Shown here: piece by piece, positions 37,921-49,342 of the stretch | Layout: each line of letters opens with the position of its first letter | How positions within the stretch are numbered: position 1 is the stretch's first letter | Source of the DNA: Adineta vaga | Lineage: Eukaryota; Animalia; Rotifera | DNA: 64,000 bases | Assembly (NCBI GenBank): GCA_021613535.1 | Contig: CP075493.1 | Location: forward strand, 868,001-932,000 | Direction of reading: 5' to 3' | Position numbers and translations under genes: made by a program | The notes under the pieces: generated by a model | The model's database searches: none | What the model saw: only the letters and a program-made list of their open reading frames with translations | Told to the model about the DNA's origin: nothing

Positions 37921-40618
37921 TTAGATATTTTCTGAAAATAATCCTTGGAATTGTCCGGGAGTAAGTTGTGGCAACTTTATTGAAACACGATATTCCACAT
38001 TGAGCTGTGTAACAATATTTGTTAAATCTATATAATATCCCATAAATCGTTGTACATCAATATGATCACGTGTATTATATCCTCCATGTAAAACAACGGG
38101 ATTATTATCGATCTGTGCAGTTATATTCCATTGAGCATCTGGATTGACAATGCATATGAATAATAAAAGACGATGTGGTCCTAACCATGATGCATCATTT
38201 AATTCTTTTTCAGTCCATTTAATTGGATAGTCGAATTGACGTTTTTGCAATTGTTTTAATACTAAATCACTGACAATGATAGCGTTATTTAGAACTTCAG
38301 CTGAGCGTGGTAAATATAAACCAGGAAATGATAGATTAGCATTTAAGCTAATGAATTGAAGGGTTTGTTGAAATGTCATTTCTTTTCCACTTACGTAAAC
38401 ATTCGATATAGTTCCGTTTGTTGGTAAGATAACGAAAAGAGGAAACGTTGTTTGTGTACCAGGTTCTCCACAAACACCATCAATTCTTAAAATAGAGTTT
38501 GTCTTTCTATAGAAGCATTTCTTGCTGCTCCAATAACAATTGGTTGATCAATGCTTGAAGTGATTGGAATAAATATAATTTGATAAACAGTTACACTTTG
38601 TCCATCTAATAGAAGTCGAATGCTATCATTATAATTAGCAGAATCTACAAATCTTTCTTGTGGATAAATTTCTTTTAATAATGAATAACCATTTTCCATC
38701 AAATGTAATCACTCTTTCTACTTGTTTATAACTTGAATAATAATAATAATAAAAATTCTTCATAACCATTTGATTTCATTAATGACCAATCTTCTTTTGC
38801 ATTAAATGGGATACCATTTCGAATTTCTTCAATATGTTCATCTGTCCATTTTAACCAATAAGTCAAAAATTGTATGAATTCTTCTGGTAATAATTGAAAT
38901 TCTTGTAAATCTCTTGCAGGTAACATCGTATGGACAAGATTTAAACCTGCTGTTGCTATATTTGCTAATAATGAATATGAAAAACCCAGCAGATCAAAAT
39001 CTCTCAAATCATTATCCGCCCATCGTTCTGTTTGATGGCCAATAAAACCAGGAATGACATCCATTGATGCAAAATGGTGTAAACGTAATTGCACATTTCC
39101 TCGGCGCATAAAATCTGCAGAGACTTTATCTGTATGTAGTGTTGGATTTAAAATTGGATATGTTTCAGGATTTTCATCATCTAACAATGGTGATGTGTAA
39201 CCATTGAGTGTTATCCATGACCATGGACCATCAAATTGTGATGTATAACGATGATCCATAATTAAATGAGGTAAAGCAATAATTAATTCACTACGAATCC
39301 ATTGCCAACCACGCCATTGACTATATGTTGTATGATTATAATCATAGAAAAAATTATAATCCCACGCATAGCCAGCAATACCTAAATCATTTCGAATAAT
39401 TTATTAGAATTCAAAGTTTGAATTTACCTGTCACTTGTGCAAAATCGATTAATAATTGTAAAAAATATTGTTGAAATTCAATACTTGCTAAAGATGCACA
39501 AACAGTTCTACAATGTATACTTGGATATAACCATGGTGGATAAACATAGGGAACTGATTTAACTTGTTTCAATTGTGCGTAATCTAACAATTCTTGAATA
39601 GTTGGAGGTATTGGATCACGACGAGGTTTCCATTGTTCTAGACGAGTTTTTTGACCTAATGTTAAAAAAAGAACAGATTCCCAATTCCAATCATCAGTTG
39701 ATTGATCACGACTTGATACATTTGCAATCGATGGAGCAAATGTAATACTTTTTATTCCAACTTGAGAACAACGATCAATTAAACGTTTGTATTCAGCGAT
39801 AAACTGTTGAGTCGAAATGTCGATTTGATAATCGTTACTATCCCAACCAACAGCATGTTTTATTGATTGTACACGTGGTGGAACAGGATAAAAAACGTCG
39901 TTGCTTTTTCATAAGCTGCTCTTTCAGCGTAATTGATATCGCTGGTATGCCAATATGGAGATAATTGATAAAAACCAATAAGAAAACCTTCACTTAAATA
40001 AGATGAACTGATACCGATTGAATATGAACTATTTACGATTTGATTATTAGATGCAACAGAATAATGACCATATGGATTTTGCCATGTAGCAAATATTCCT
40101 AATGCTGATGAATTAGATCGTAAAAAAATGGTATGTTGTTTATTTCCATCTTGCCAATTTTGAATAATTGAGACAGAAGGAATATTTAAATTAACAATAG
40201 TAAATGCTGTTTGGATGGATGTTATATTTCGATTATTAATATTGGCAAAATAAATTTGTTTTTCAACAAACTCCCAGTTGGATTTCAAAGTATAGATTGT
40301 TGTTAATTGATAATTTGTTGAATCCGAACATGAATAAGTAAAATTAATCGAATTTATATCTTGATTATAATTGATTAATTTCAAACAATTCAGAGGAAGA
40401 TTGTCGACGGACATAACACTTGTTTCATTATTTATTGTAATTAATTGAGATTTATAATTAAATGAAACGATTCACCCACTGGATAAATCGAACTGCACAG
40501 TTAAATATTCATTAGATAATTCAGATAAATTTTTACCATGAAAACGATTGATTACTGGATTCGAACAAGTAATAAAAGTAAATGTCAATGCAAAAATGAT
40601 ATAAAATATCACATGCAT
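37921..40618 (-). pseudogene. Decayed secreted glycoside-hydrolase-like gene (clan GH-D/GH36-like barrel suspected)
   Basis: Signal peptide at 40618. Reconstructed VGWDSNDYQIDISTQQFIAEYKRLIDR..., GIAGYAWDYNF, IMDHR and GPWSW. In-frame TGA at 40472-40474, frameshifts near 40440, 39890, 38740 and 38490, and one GT-AG intron near 39385-39428. Confidence 0.6.
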
Positions 40619-42554
40619 GTCGGAATTTACTCTAGAAGAAGTATAGAACATAAGACACTGAACGATATGATTCAATGAACGAAGGAAAAGATAAAACATC
40701 TATATCTTATCTTCGATTGCAATCTGAATAATTTTAAATAGAGAAGGAGAATATCATTGATCTATGCTTAGAGTGCTAATTACAACTCGCGGCACAACTG
40801 TAGATGCTCAACAAATTTGTTCCCGGAGCCCTATCGCCAAGGTATACTATGAGAGAGAGAGAAAAATTATCCTCATTTCTGATTCGCCTAGACTAGTGGA
40901 TAACGAGAATTGAGTGAGGGTGGGAGTGGATCTCAGAAAAACACCCACCAACAGTCACATCGAGATAGATGTTCATCAGTGTGGAGAATAGGATGACTGT
41001 TCAGCAAGCTAACGATGTGATCATGAACCTCTGTAGTTGCGTTGTGAATTGTGGCTAGTAGTGTATATTTAAGGTACACTCATTTCATGTACAATTGCAA
41101 AGACAACTTTTCCCGTTGAGAGCTTAGGACTCACCTGTTGAAAATGAATGTTCATATGTGTGATGAGAAGTTGGAGACTTGTTACCTTTATATAGGTATT
41201 TTTTTTCTTGTCTTTTTGTTCCTCAGTTATCATTTTATCTCATACGAACAACGGCATTTCAACAAAAGAAACGATGTTTATCAACATGAATTTTATCGTG
41301 CAGAATTCTTCTATCTACGTATAAGAAAGCTGTAACCAGCAATGTACTGAGACTAAAGCGTCGTTATTATAGTTTGACTTGTTTCTTTTAGAAGATTTAC
41401 ACTGTACACTAGAACAGAACCTTCTAAATTCTTTTGTTTTCTCAATAATACCGCCAGCTGGAAGAATGGAAAAACACTTTTCTAATTCATTATGCATAAA
41501 CCTTGTAATGTTTGAACTGCTACAAATGTCAGTATTTTGCATGCGAAACAAAACAAATAACGTTCGTCTGAGCCCTCGGTCAGATTTTTCTCGTAGAAGG
41601 GATGTTTTCTAACTATAAACATATCATTTATTTTCGATTAGTGTAGGTACCCGATAATGGTGAAAAACCTTCCAGTCTAAAAACTTTATATGCGAGAAAA
41701 CGACAGGAGGCGCACAGAGGTGTGCCATTGAAAATTTTCATTTATATCACAACATATCCTGACGCGCATATCTAAGATAGAACAACTTATACTATGTAGT
41801 ATTCCAGATTCACTCGTTTCCTAACAAGATCCTGCTGCAAAACCCATAATTTTCCTAATATTTTCCGATGCCAAATCTTCCCATACAGATCCCGCTTGAA
41901 CTCTATCTCAACCTCAGTTCATATCTAAAAAGCCTTAGACCTCGAGTTAAAGTTTCATCTGTCGCGAATACACCCACGATCAGATTAGGGTGAAACCATA
42001 ATAAGAGATGTATACTCTAAAGATCGATCAAATGAGCCGCCCAAAATTAGATTAAATTTCAACTATCTCTGTTTTCCACATCTCTCCACTTTTCTTTATA
42101 CATACGGAAGTGTCATGAACACTTTCGCGATGTTAGCTATCACGGAACCATCTGGGTGAAATTTCACCCACACCCTCTATTGAACGGTATATAAAACATC
42201 AAGATAAAACTTTTATTAAATTGCATAGTTGCATGTATCTTAGTTAAAATATTTAAACGAATGATAACAACATTTATTTGCAGTTCTTTGTGTGATATTT
42301 TTCTTATCACACTGGTTTATTCACGTCTAGTACATTCTATCTTCAAAGAGTTTTTTCTATTATACAGGTGTCTGTATATAGAAAGAGAATCAGAGATAGA
42401 AAGATAGATACAAAGTACCCCTCTTATGCTATCAATATATGATTAATTTAACAGCAACTTTAAATTTCATTTGATTAAGATTTTATTTTTAATTAATATA
42501 ATGTATAATGTATAACGCGTTTCGAATTTAATTCATCATCAGATACAATACAAT

Positions 42555-42630
42555 TGAGGGTGTGTGCAGGTGAATGTGAGTACGAATGAGACCATACTGT
42601 TAAACATCACCCACACTCACACCCACCCTT
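42555..42630. repeat. Inverted telomere-like hairpin element
   Basis: TGAGGGTGTGTGCAGGTGAATGTGAG ... TCACCCACACTCACACCCACCCTT. Confidence 0.6.
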
Positions 42631-42808
42631 TAAATCAGTTGACTAAAGTAGAATCACTTTTATCATGTTTCTTTGCAAGATCATGTTTTTTATCAAATAA
42701 TATTAATCATTTTCATGTGCGGAGAAGAAAAAACCTAACATGATTTTATTTCATTATCTATTCTTTATAAAAAAAAAGCTCAGCCATTTCTTACCAAAAA
42801 AGCACTAT

Positions 42809-45130
42809 TCATATAATGATTCGCTACAAGGATAAAATACATGTGAACACTTAATGCACATATTCAGAAAATGAATGTTACCTTATTTACATGAACTGTT
42901 TCAGTCAGACGCTGTTCTTTTTGTCCTCGAATTCGACTCATTCCAATAGTCAGTTTGACCAGTGCCTATATATACAAGACAACACATAGGAATACTCAAG
43001 ATGGCCTAATGCTCAAATGATTCTTACCGTATTAACCAATAGCGCATCAGCAAGATAATTTGCGACTTCCTGTTCAATTTCATTCCCAATAATACCTAGA
43101 ATCTTAAGTGTCTAAAACGAAAACAAGTGCATATGAAAGTATAAGAAAGATGATATTGCTATAGAAGTACAACCGTGTTTACACATAATGCATCAGAAAG
43201 ACAACGTATTCCTTGTCTTTCAATCCGATTCCAAGAGATATTTAGCTCAGTGAGCGTCTAAACAGGATAGATATAATTTGGATATTTCCGGAACATGAGA
43301 ATGAAACGAATATTACTGTATTTACTCGTAGCACATTAGCAAGCTGCTTTGCACCTTGATCGCCGATTTTATTCTCGCTTATAACTAGTGTGGTGAGTGA
43401 CTATACAAGAGAGAACGTTTGAATGTATAAAAAAGATGAGGACTGTATGGATATTACTGTATTGACTCGTAGTAGTTCAGCAAGAAGCTCTGTCCCATGG
43501 TCTCTAATACCATTCTCGCGGAGATCCAACGTAGTAAGTGTCTAAATAACGGTGTGCACATAGATCTGTAAGAAAGATATAAATTGAATGAAATCTAACC
43601 GTGTTAATTCGTAGTACATCAACAAGATACTCTAATCCTTGTGGTCCAATTGGATTATTGCCAAACTTTAATGTAGCGAGTGTCTAAACAGGAACATACT
43701 ATGAATATGTAAGAAAGATACAGAGGGAATAAACATTACTGTGTTGACTCGCAGTGCATCAGCAAGATACTTTACTCCTGACTGTCCAATTTGATTGGAG
43801 TAAAGATCTAGTACAACAAGGATCTATACAAGAAAATTCATGTGATTATATAGCAAAAGGTAAAGATGGAATGAACAGTACTGAATTCACTCGAAGTGCG
43901 TTAGCTAGATGTTCTGCTCCTTGATCTTTAAGATAGTTACTGTGAAAATTCAATGTGGTAAGTGTCTATAGAAGAGAGTACTTATGAATGTGAAAAAAAG
44001 ATAAAATTTCAATGAGAACTACTGTGTTATTGCGTAAAATTTCAGCAAGGTGTACTATATTTTGGTCACTGATTTGATTCATTGACATCGTTAATGTGGT
44101 CAGTGTCTAAACAAAAGATTGTATAGGAACATTTGGAACAGATAAAAAGTTAGAAGAAGTAGTACCGTGTTCAACCTTAATGCGTCAAAAATATACGTCA
44201 CACATTCGTACCTAAATTCACTATTGTAGAGATCTAGTGAAGTAAGTGTCTATAAAGAAGAATGTATAACCAAGGTAACGACTGAATGAATAATACCGTA
44301 TTGATCCGTAATAGTGCAGCGATATTTTCTGCTCCTTCATCTCGGATGTAATTGGTGCCAAGATGTAGTGTAGTGAGTGTCTGTATAAAAAAATCATTGA
44401 AAGGCATATCGGCAAAGTGATTATGAATATTACCTTGTTGATTACGAGTGCATCAACAAGTCGCTCTACTCCTTGGTCTTTTATTCCATTTGCCGAAATA
44501 TTTAGTACAATCAGTGTCTTGTTGACTCGTAATGCATCAGCGAGGTACATCACTCCTCGGTCTCCTATATCATTGTACTGAATATCTAGAGTGACGAGTG
44601 TCTATAAAAGAAATTGTCTATGAATATGTAAGCATACAAGATTAAGATGGAAGAAATAGTACAGTATTCATTCGTAATGCATTAGCAATATGGTGTGCTC
44701 CTTCACTTTTGATTCTATTGTCACGGAGAATTAGTTTCGTAAGTGTCTAGACGAGAGAATGCATATAAATGAATTACAATGATGAAGACTGAATAATTAC
44801 TACCGTGTTGGTTCGTAATGCATTAGCGAGACGCCTTGCACCTTGGGGTCCAATGGGAATGTTGTTAAGACTTAGTGTGGTGAGTGTCTATTTTACATAA
44901 GGCATGTGTTAATATCAACTTCGTTTAGATCATAATTATCTTATTTTGAAGGAAAAAAATAATAACTTGTTGATTTAATAGTACAGATTTACCTGATATC
45001 GATGATACACATTTAGAATTTGATTGAGTCGATGACACACATTCTGCATAGAACAAAAGAGAGTAAAATCATTTAAATGATCGAGAATTCGGTATACGAA
45101 TTCAACTGGTAATGTATCGAATGTCCGCAT
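42809..45130 (-). CDS. F-box-like + 15 RI/NLRC3-type 28-aa LRRs; 16 exons, ~470 aa
   Basis: Exon 1 45130-44993 (MRTFDTLPVEFVYRILDHL.., F-box-like). 84-nt phase-0 exons start at 44887, 44746, 44380, 44249, 44106, 43965, 43823, 43683, 43541, 43400, 43257, 43111 and 42965. One 168-nt exon at 44601-44434. Last exon 42823-42809. Consensus TLTTLxLxxNxIGxxGAxxLAxALxxNT. All introns GT-AG, no stops seen. Confidence 0.9.
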
Positions 45131-45722
45131 AATTTTGTAAAGACGATGATCAAATTATTCCAGATTTGATGTATCGTTGTTTATTCAACTTTCGTTCACG
45201 AATTTCTTTTAATGGTGAAATCATTTTCTTACTTATAATAAAAGAAACGATAAAGGACATATACCAATGATAAGAAAAAGCATTTTTTTCTCTACTGAAA
45301 GATGGCGTTAGCATATCTATCGCAACTGCGGAATTTGTATGTGAACATTAACTTTATAAACATTTGTAAATAATTCTTTTTTATGTCTATCGTATATCGT
45401 GAAAAGACTGAGTCCCTCAAACTGATTTCGTAATGTGTGGAACTTCGGCATATGCAATGTATTCCCATTTCAGTAATCTATATATTCCTGTCATAATTCA
45501 ACTGATTAAGATTTGCATTCGAATTGTAAAATTCAGATGATATTCTAAAATGAATGCAGACATCTACAATGAAATTCTCCACACTTTCTGCGAAACGAAC
45601 ATCAAAATAAGTTTCTCTCAAGATATGAATCATGAAAATGAGCATTTTATGATTCTAACATATATTGTATGGTTAAGATAAGAAAAAAACCCACTCTTTT
45701 TTTGTAATTTCAATCAATCCAA

Positions 45723-45741
45723 CACTGGGAAATTCCCAGTG
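45723..45741. promoter_or_regulatory. 19-bp palindrome containing a consensus NF-kappaB site (GGGAAATTCCC)
   Basis: CACTGGGAAATTCCCAGTG lies in the divergent intergenic region between the F-box/LRR gene and the 45925 ORF. Confidence 0.35.
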
Positions 45742-45924
45742 AAAATTCTAGAGAATGTCCGATAACATGATATTTATATATGATGTTTGTGACAGCAACG
45801 AAAAACATTTCAAACGCTTTGAAATTCAGAAAAACATTGAAAAAAATTCATCTACTCTTGAAAAGTATGATATAATTTCGTTTATTTCAAATGATTATTT
45901 TGTTTTTTTCTATTATAGACAATA

Positions 45925-47202
45925 TTGGCAACTAGCAGTGATAATGCTGATCGTAATGAAATCGTCGCAATGATTGATGAGTGGCGAGAAAATTGGATAA
46001 GACAAGTCAGATCGATTGCTCGTTCAGCAATAGATGATCCTGATCAAAATATAACAGCAATTGATCTCACATATCGATTACGGGAATTAGTAAATGAATT
46101 CTCTCAAGATGAAAACGATGCTTCAACAATATTCGGCGCTGACGATATCGAAAGAAATTTTTATTTTAGTGATGAATCGGAATCATTTAGTCGTAATACA
46201 TCAAGACGACAATCTGAATCATCAGATCTCACATCAACTGTTGGACAAGCATTGGTTATTAAACAAAAGCCTCGTTGTATAATTAAATGTTACAAAGATC
46301 CAGCTGGTGTAATGGCTATCGGTGAAGATCAACTTGCTTATATTGATTTTGTTTGGAATCATGAACAAGTACGTGAAATGAAAATGTATGTTGTATCAAA
46401 TATTGAATCCAATGTTCAAGAGCCCACCGCTGACCGTACTTTTGATTTTCCATATACGGGCGAACAAGTTCGTGTAGTTGATATGGATTATTGGCCAACA
46501 CATAATCGTTATGTATTAGCTGTTGTTCAAACAGGAGAACAACGCGCAAGTTGGCATTATTTGTTTAATCCATCACCGAATGAAGGCGAAGAAGCGTTCG
46601 AACGTTGGGTAAATTCTCTTCCTGGTGATACAATTTCACGTGTATGTTGTACGAAAGAAATCGTTTATGAAATTGTCAATCATTATAGAAAAGGTTTCGT
46701 TGTTCTTCTAAATGCTTATGGTGTTACACGTGCACGAAAATCAGCATTGGATCTTTTCCCACCGGATTCTGACCGTTATGATAGTGATATTTTACGATTA
46801 ATTGACATATGTTGTTCACCGTCAAACAAAAAGCTTGCTGTATCTTATAATTGTTGTTTAGGATCACAAAGAGGTCCAGTTGGTATCCATGTCTTTGATC
46901 CAACACGTGAATGGGCTCTTCTCTCACGAATTGATCTTGGATATACAAATGTCGAATATTATATGCCACGTCTTCTTCATCTTTATAAAGTTGATCTTCT
47001 TGTTGCTTTGCATGTCATGAGTGGAAATTTATTCTTTTATGATAATCTTGGTGAACGAAAAGGTAAACGATCATTTATTTTGTATGTAGAAGAATACGAA
47101 GAAAATCAACCTCATTTATATCCGGTCAATATTTGTGCGTCTCAAAAATGGGTGGCGATTCGTTTCAATCGTTATATCACGATTCATCGAATAAATGATT
47201 AA
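45925..47202 (+). CDS. Hypothetical protein: N-terminal helix, Ser-rich linker, probable beta-propeller-like C-terminus
   Basis: 425-codon open frame with a beta-strand-rich C-terminal ~300 aa. Acceptor-like site at 45917-45918. True start not resolved. Confidence 0.6.
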   Translation: MATSSDNADRNEIVAMIDEWRENWIRQVRSIARSAIDDPDQNITAIDLTYRLRELVNEFSQDENDASTIFGADDIERNFYFSDESESFSRNTSRRQSESSDLTSTVGQALVIKQKPRCIIKCYKDPAGVMAIGEDQLAYIDFVWNHEQVREMKMYVVSNIESNVQEPTADRTFDFPYTGEQVRVVDMDYWPTHNRYVLAVVQTGEQRASWHYLFNPSPNEGEEAFERWVNSLPGDTISRVCCTKEIVYEIVNHYRKGFVVLLNAYGVTRARKSALDLFPPDSDRYDSDILRLIDICCSPSNKKLAVSYNCCLGSQRGPVGIHVFDPTREWALLSRIDLGYTNVEYYMPRLLHLYKVDLLVALHVMSGNLFFYDNLGERKGKRSFILYVEEYEENQPHLYPVNICASQKWVAIRFNRYITIHRIND

Positions 47203-47575
47203 TGACATAACAATGAATTATTACATAATGAACTTTTAATTCTTTCTTCCTTTCCTATACCACGATTGTTTTTTCAATAAATATCCTATGAGAAAATGCT
47301 AAATGAATTTACTATCGACAAGTATGCCTTCCAGATTATATCACTGTATGTCTGTTATAAATGAATAAAGATAAAAAGTTCTCTTTTTTCCACACACTTC
47401 TAAAATGTGAAAATGTGTCATTACAAGCTTGACTGTATTCTGTTTATCTGTTTTATGACGAAAATCACATGTAAATGTGTAGGAGAAAAGAGATTTCGGG
47501 ATTTTATTTTTATGAAAGTAGTTAATTAAATAAAAATTGCGTTCACATTTACTCACACACCTTCAGATGTTAATT

Positions 47576-48215
47576 TCAATGATTATCAACACAAGTACAA
47601 AAAGACCTAATATCAAAGACACCATAACGATTCTCGACAGTAGAAGTAGCATGATCCAAAGAAAAACGTGTATAACCATTACTATTGTCAAAATAATAAC
47701 AACCAACACGATTAGTACCAAAATGACGATTATTAGCATCAGTACAGTCATTGTTATCATGATAACCACGACGAACAAGAGTATCATAAGAAAAAGCATA
47801 AGTAAACTCATAAGTACATGTATAACCATCACGACGCTTGAACTTTTCCCAAATTTTACCATCACGCCAACGTTGCCAATCTTTGCTCTGCCATGTATCC
47901 ACATCTTTGATCCAATTCAAAGTTGCTGAGCTACCAGTAAAGTGCCAGTCATGACATCTTTGCAGTTAGCACAAAGACGCCCTTTACAGAATTCGGAGTG
48001 TTCAATGGGTACAGCGAATCCTTGATCTTCTAAAAATGAAAATTATAAATATTCAAAGTAATTTCAAAATAGATTTGCTATATTGAGGGTAGGTGTGGGT
48101 GAGGATAATCGATATATATCTTTAGTATTGTCATTAACACCACACTCTCGCCCTCATGTGCACTCAATACGATATTACCGAGATATTGATCTCCAGCTTT
48201 GTTTGAAACTGTCAT
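47576..48215 (-). CDS. Small Cys-motif protein with an NNT-codon-rich C-terminal segment; one apparent 1-nt deletion at ~47960
   Basis: Exon 1 48215-48179 (MTVSNKAGDQYL), GT-AG intron 48178-48030, exon 2 EDQGFAVPIEHSEFCKGRLCANCK. Adding one base gives RCHDWHFTG..LNWIK.. and an open frame to FCTCVDNH* at 47576. Confidence 0.55.
48081..48169. repeat. Inverted telomere-like hairpin element (intronic)
   Basis: TATTGAGGGTAGGTGTGGGTGAG ... CACCACACTCTCGCCCTCA..CACTCAATA. Confidence 0.55.
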
Positions 48216-49342
48216 GTTTGCGTTTGATTGAAATTTACTAAAAAGAAACGAAAAATAAAACTATCATAAAAGTAAAAATATCTGCTTTTGTAAACGAAAA
48301 CTTCAAGAAACTGGTAAATAATAGTATGTACATTTGGTGTAAGGCAATGTGCAGGGTGTGGATGTGAATAGTAGATATACCTTTTATTAATGCCGACACC
48401 CGTCTGAGAAGAGAGCATGTATATATATATATGTATTGAAAAAGAATAGAAAGAAACAATATATCTATGACTCATAGGAAAAGTTCCAACTATACGTGTG
48501 AACAATACCATATACATAATGGTATATCACTGAGAAATTTTTGAAAACTGTTACGTTCGATTGTGAAAGAAATTTTTTTTTCGCAATTCGACACATATTC
48601 CTCATTCCGATAGATTGTGAGTAAATTTATTAAAAGAATCGATTTTCTACAAAGCATTATGCGTAAAATGAATATCATGATAAGAAAAATATAGAAGTTG
48701 TAAATGAAAGAGAATGATCCTTCAATTGGATTTCGAGTAGTTTTTCGTATATTATAATGTTAAAATGTAAGTTGCATCTTGTACAATAACTTTTTCGAAA
48801 GTTTTGGTTGTGATTTCAATTTTCACTGAAATTTTGCATTTGAAGTTGTTACAGAATACTCTAATATAAATATATACCAGTATGTACTTCGACCCTTCTC
48901 TTCTTCTCGTCTTATATGTATATAGGTTAATTCATTTTTTCTCTTTCACTTCGTCCGCAAGGATCTAGGGTGTCTTTTTTCTTCAACTATATAAAAAGGA
49001 GATGTTTTTCTTAAATCCAAGTGACCTGAAAACTCATTCATGGATGGGTCATTTAGACTCGGAGGAAGTTTATAAATAATGTCGGAGTAAAATTTTACTG
49101 ATGGTACGAAAAGAGATATGTACTTATTCATCAACTCATATTAATCGAATTTTGGATGACTACGCATTACGTCAGGTTGTTGAACTTGTAGTTCTACTGC
49201 TTGACGTAAAGTTCGATTAAAAGCAATGGCACTCTTAACAGCAATATTGAGTAACGAAAGCACCCACACCCTCTAGAAATAATTTCTTTTCTGATTTATT
49301 TATACGCACACTATTTACAATAAATATTAAAAAAAGACAAGA

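Noticed and set aside
41138-42000. Short ORFs and slightly GC-richer DNA, possible transposon remnant
   Set aside because: No terminal repeats, transposase or RT motifs found by eye.
42880-44890. Regular ~140-bp periodicity resembling a CRISPR or satellite array
   Set aside because: Fully explained by 84-nt LRR exons plus short introns; no identical direct repeats or cas genes.
47576-47836. A complete diversity-generating retroelement
   Set aside because: No reverse transcriptase and no template repeat differing only at adenines in this window. Only the codon bias is reported.
47537-47929. Ile/Thr-rich plus-strand ORF and Val/Ile/Leu-rich minus-strand ORF as membrane proteins
   Set aside because: Both follow from the every-third-base T bias of the 47576-47920 frame.
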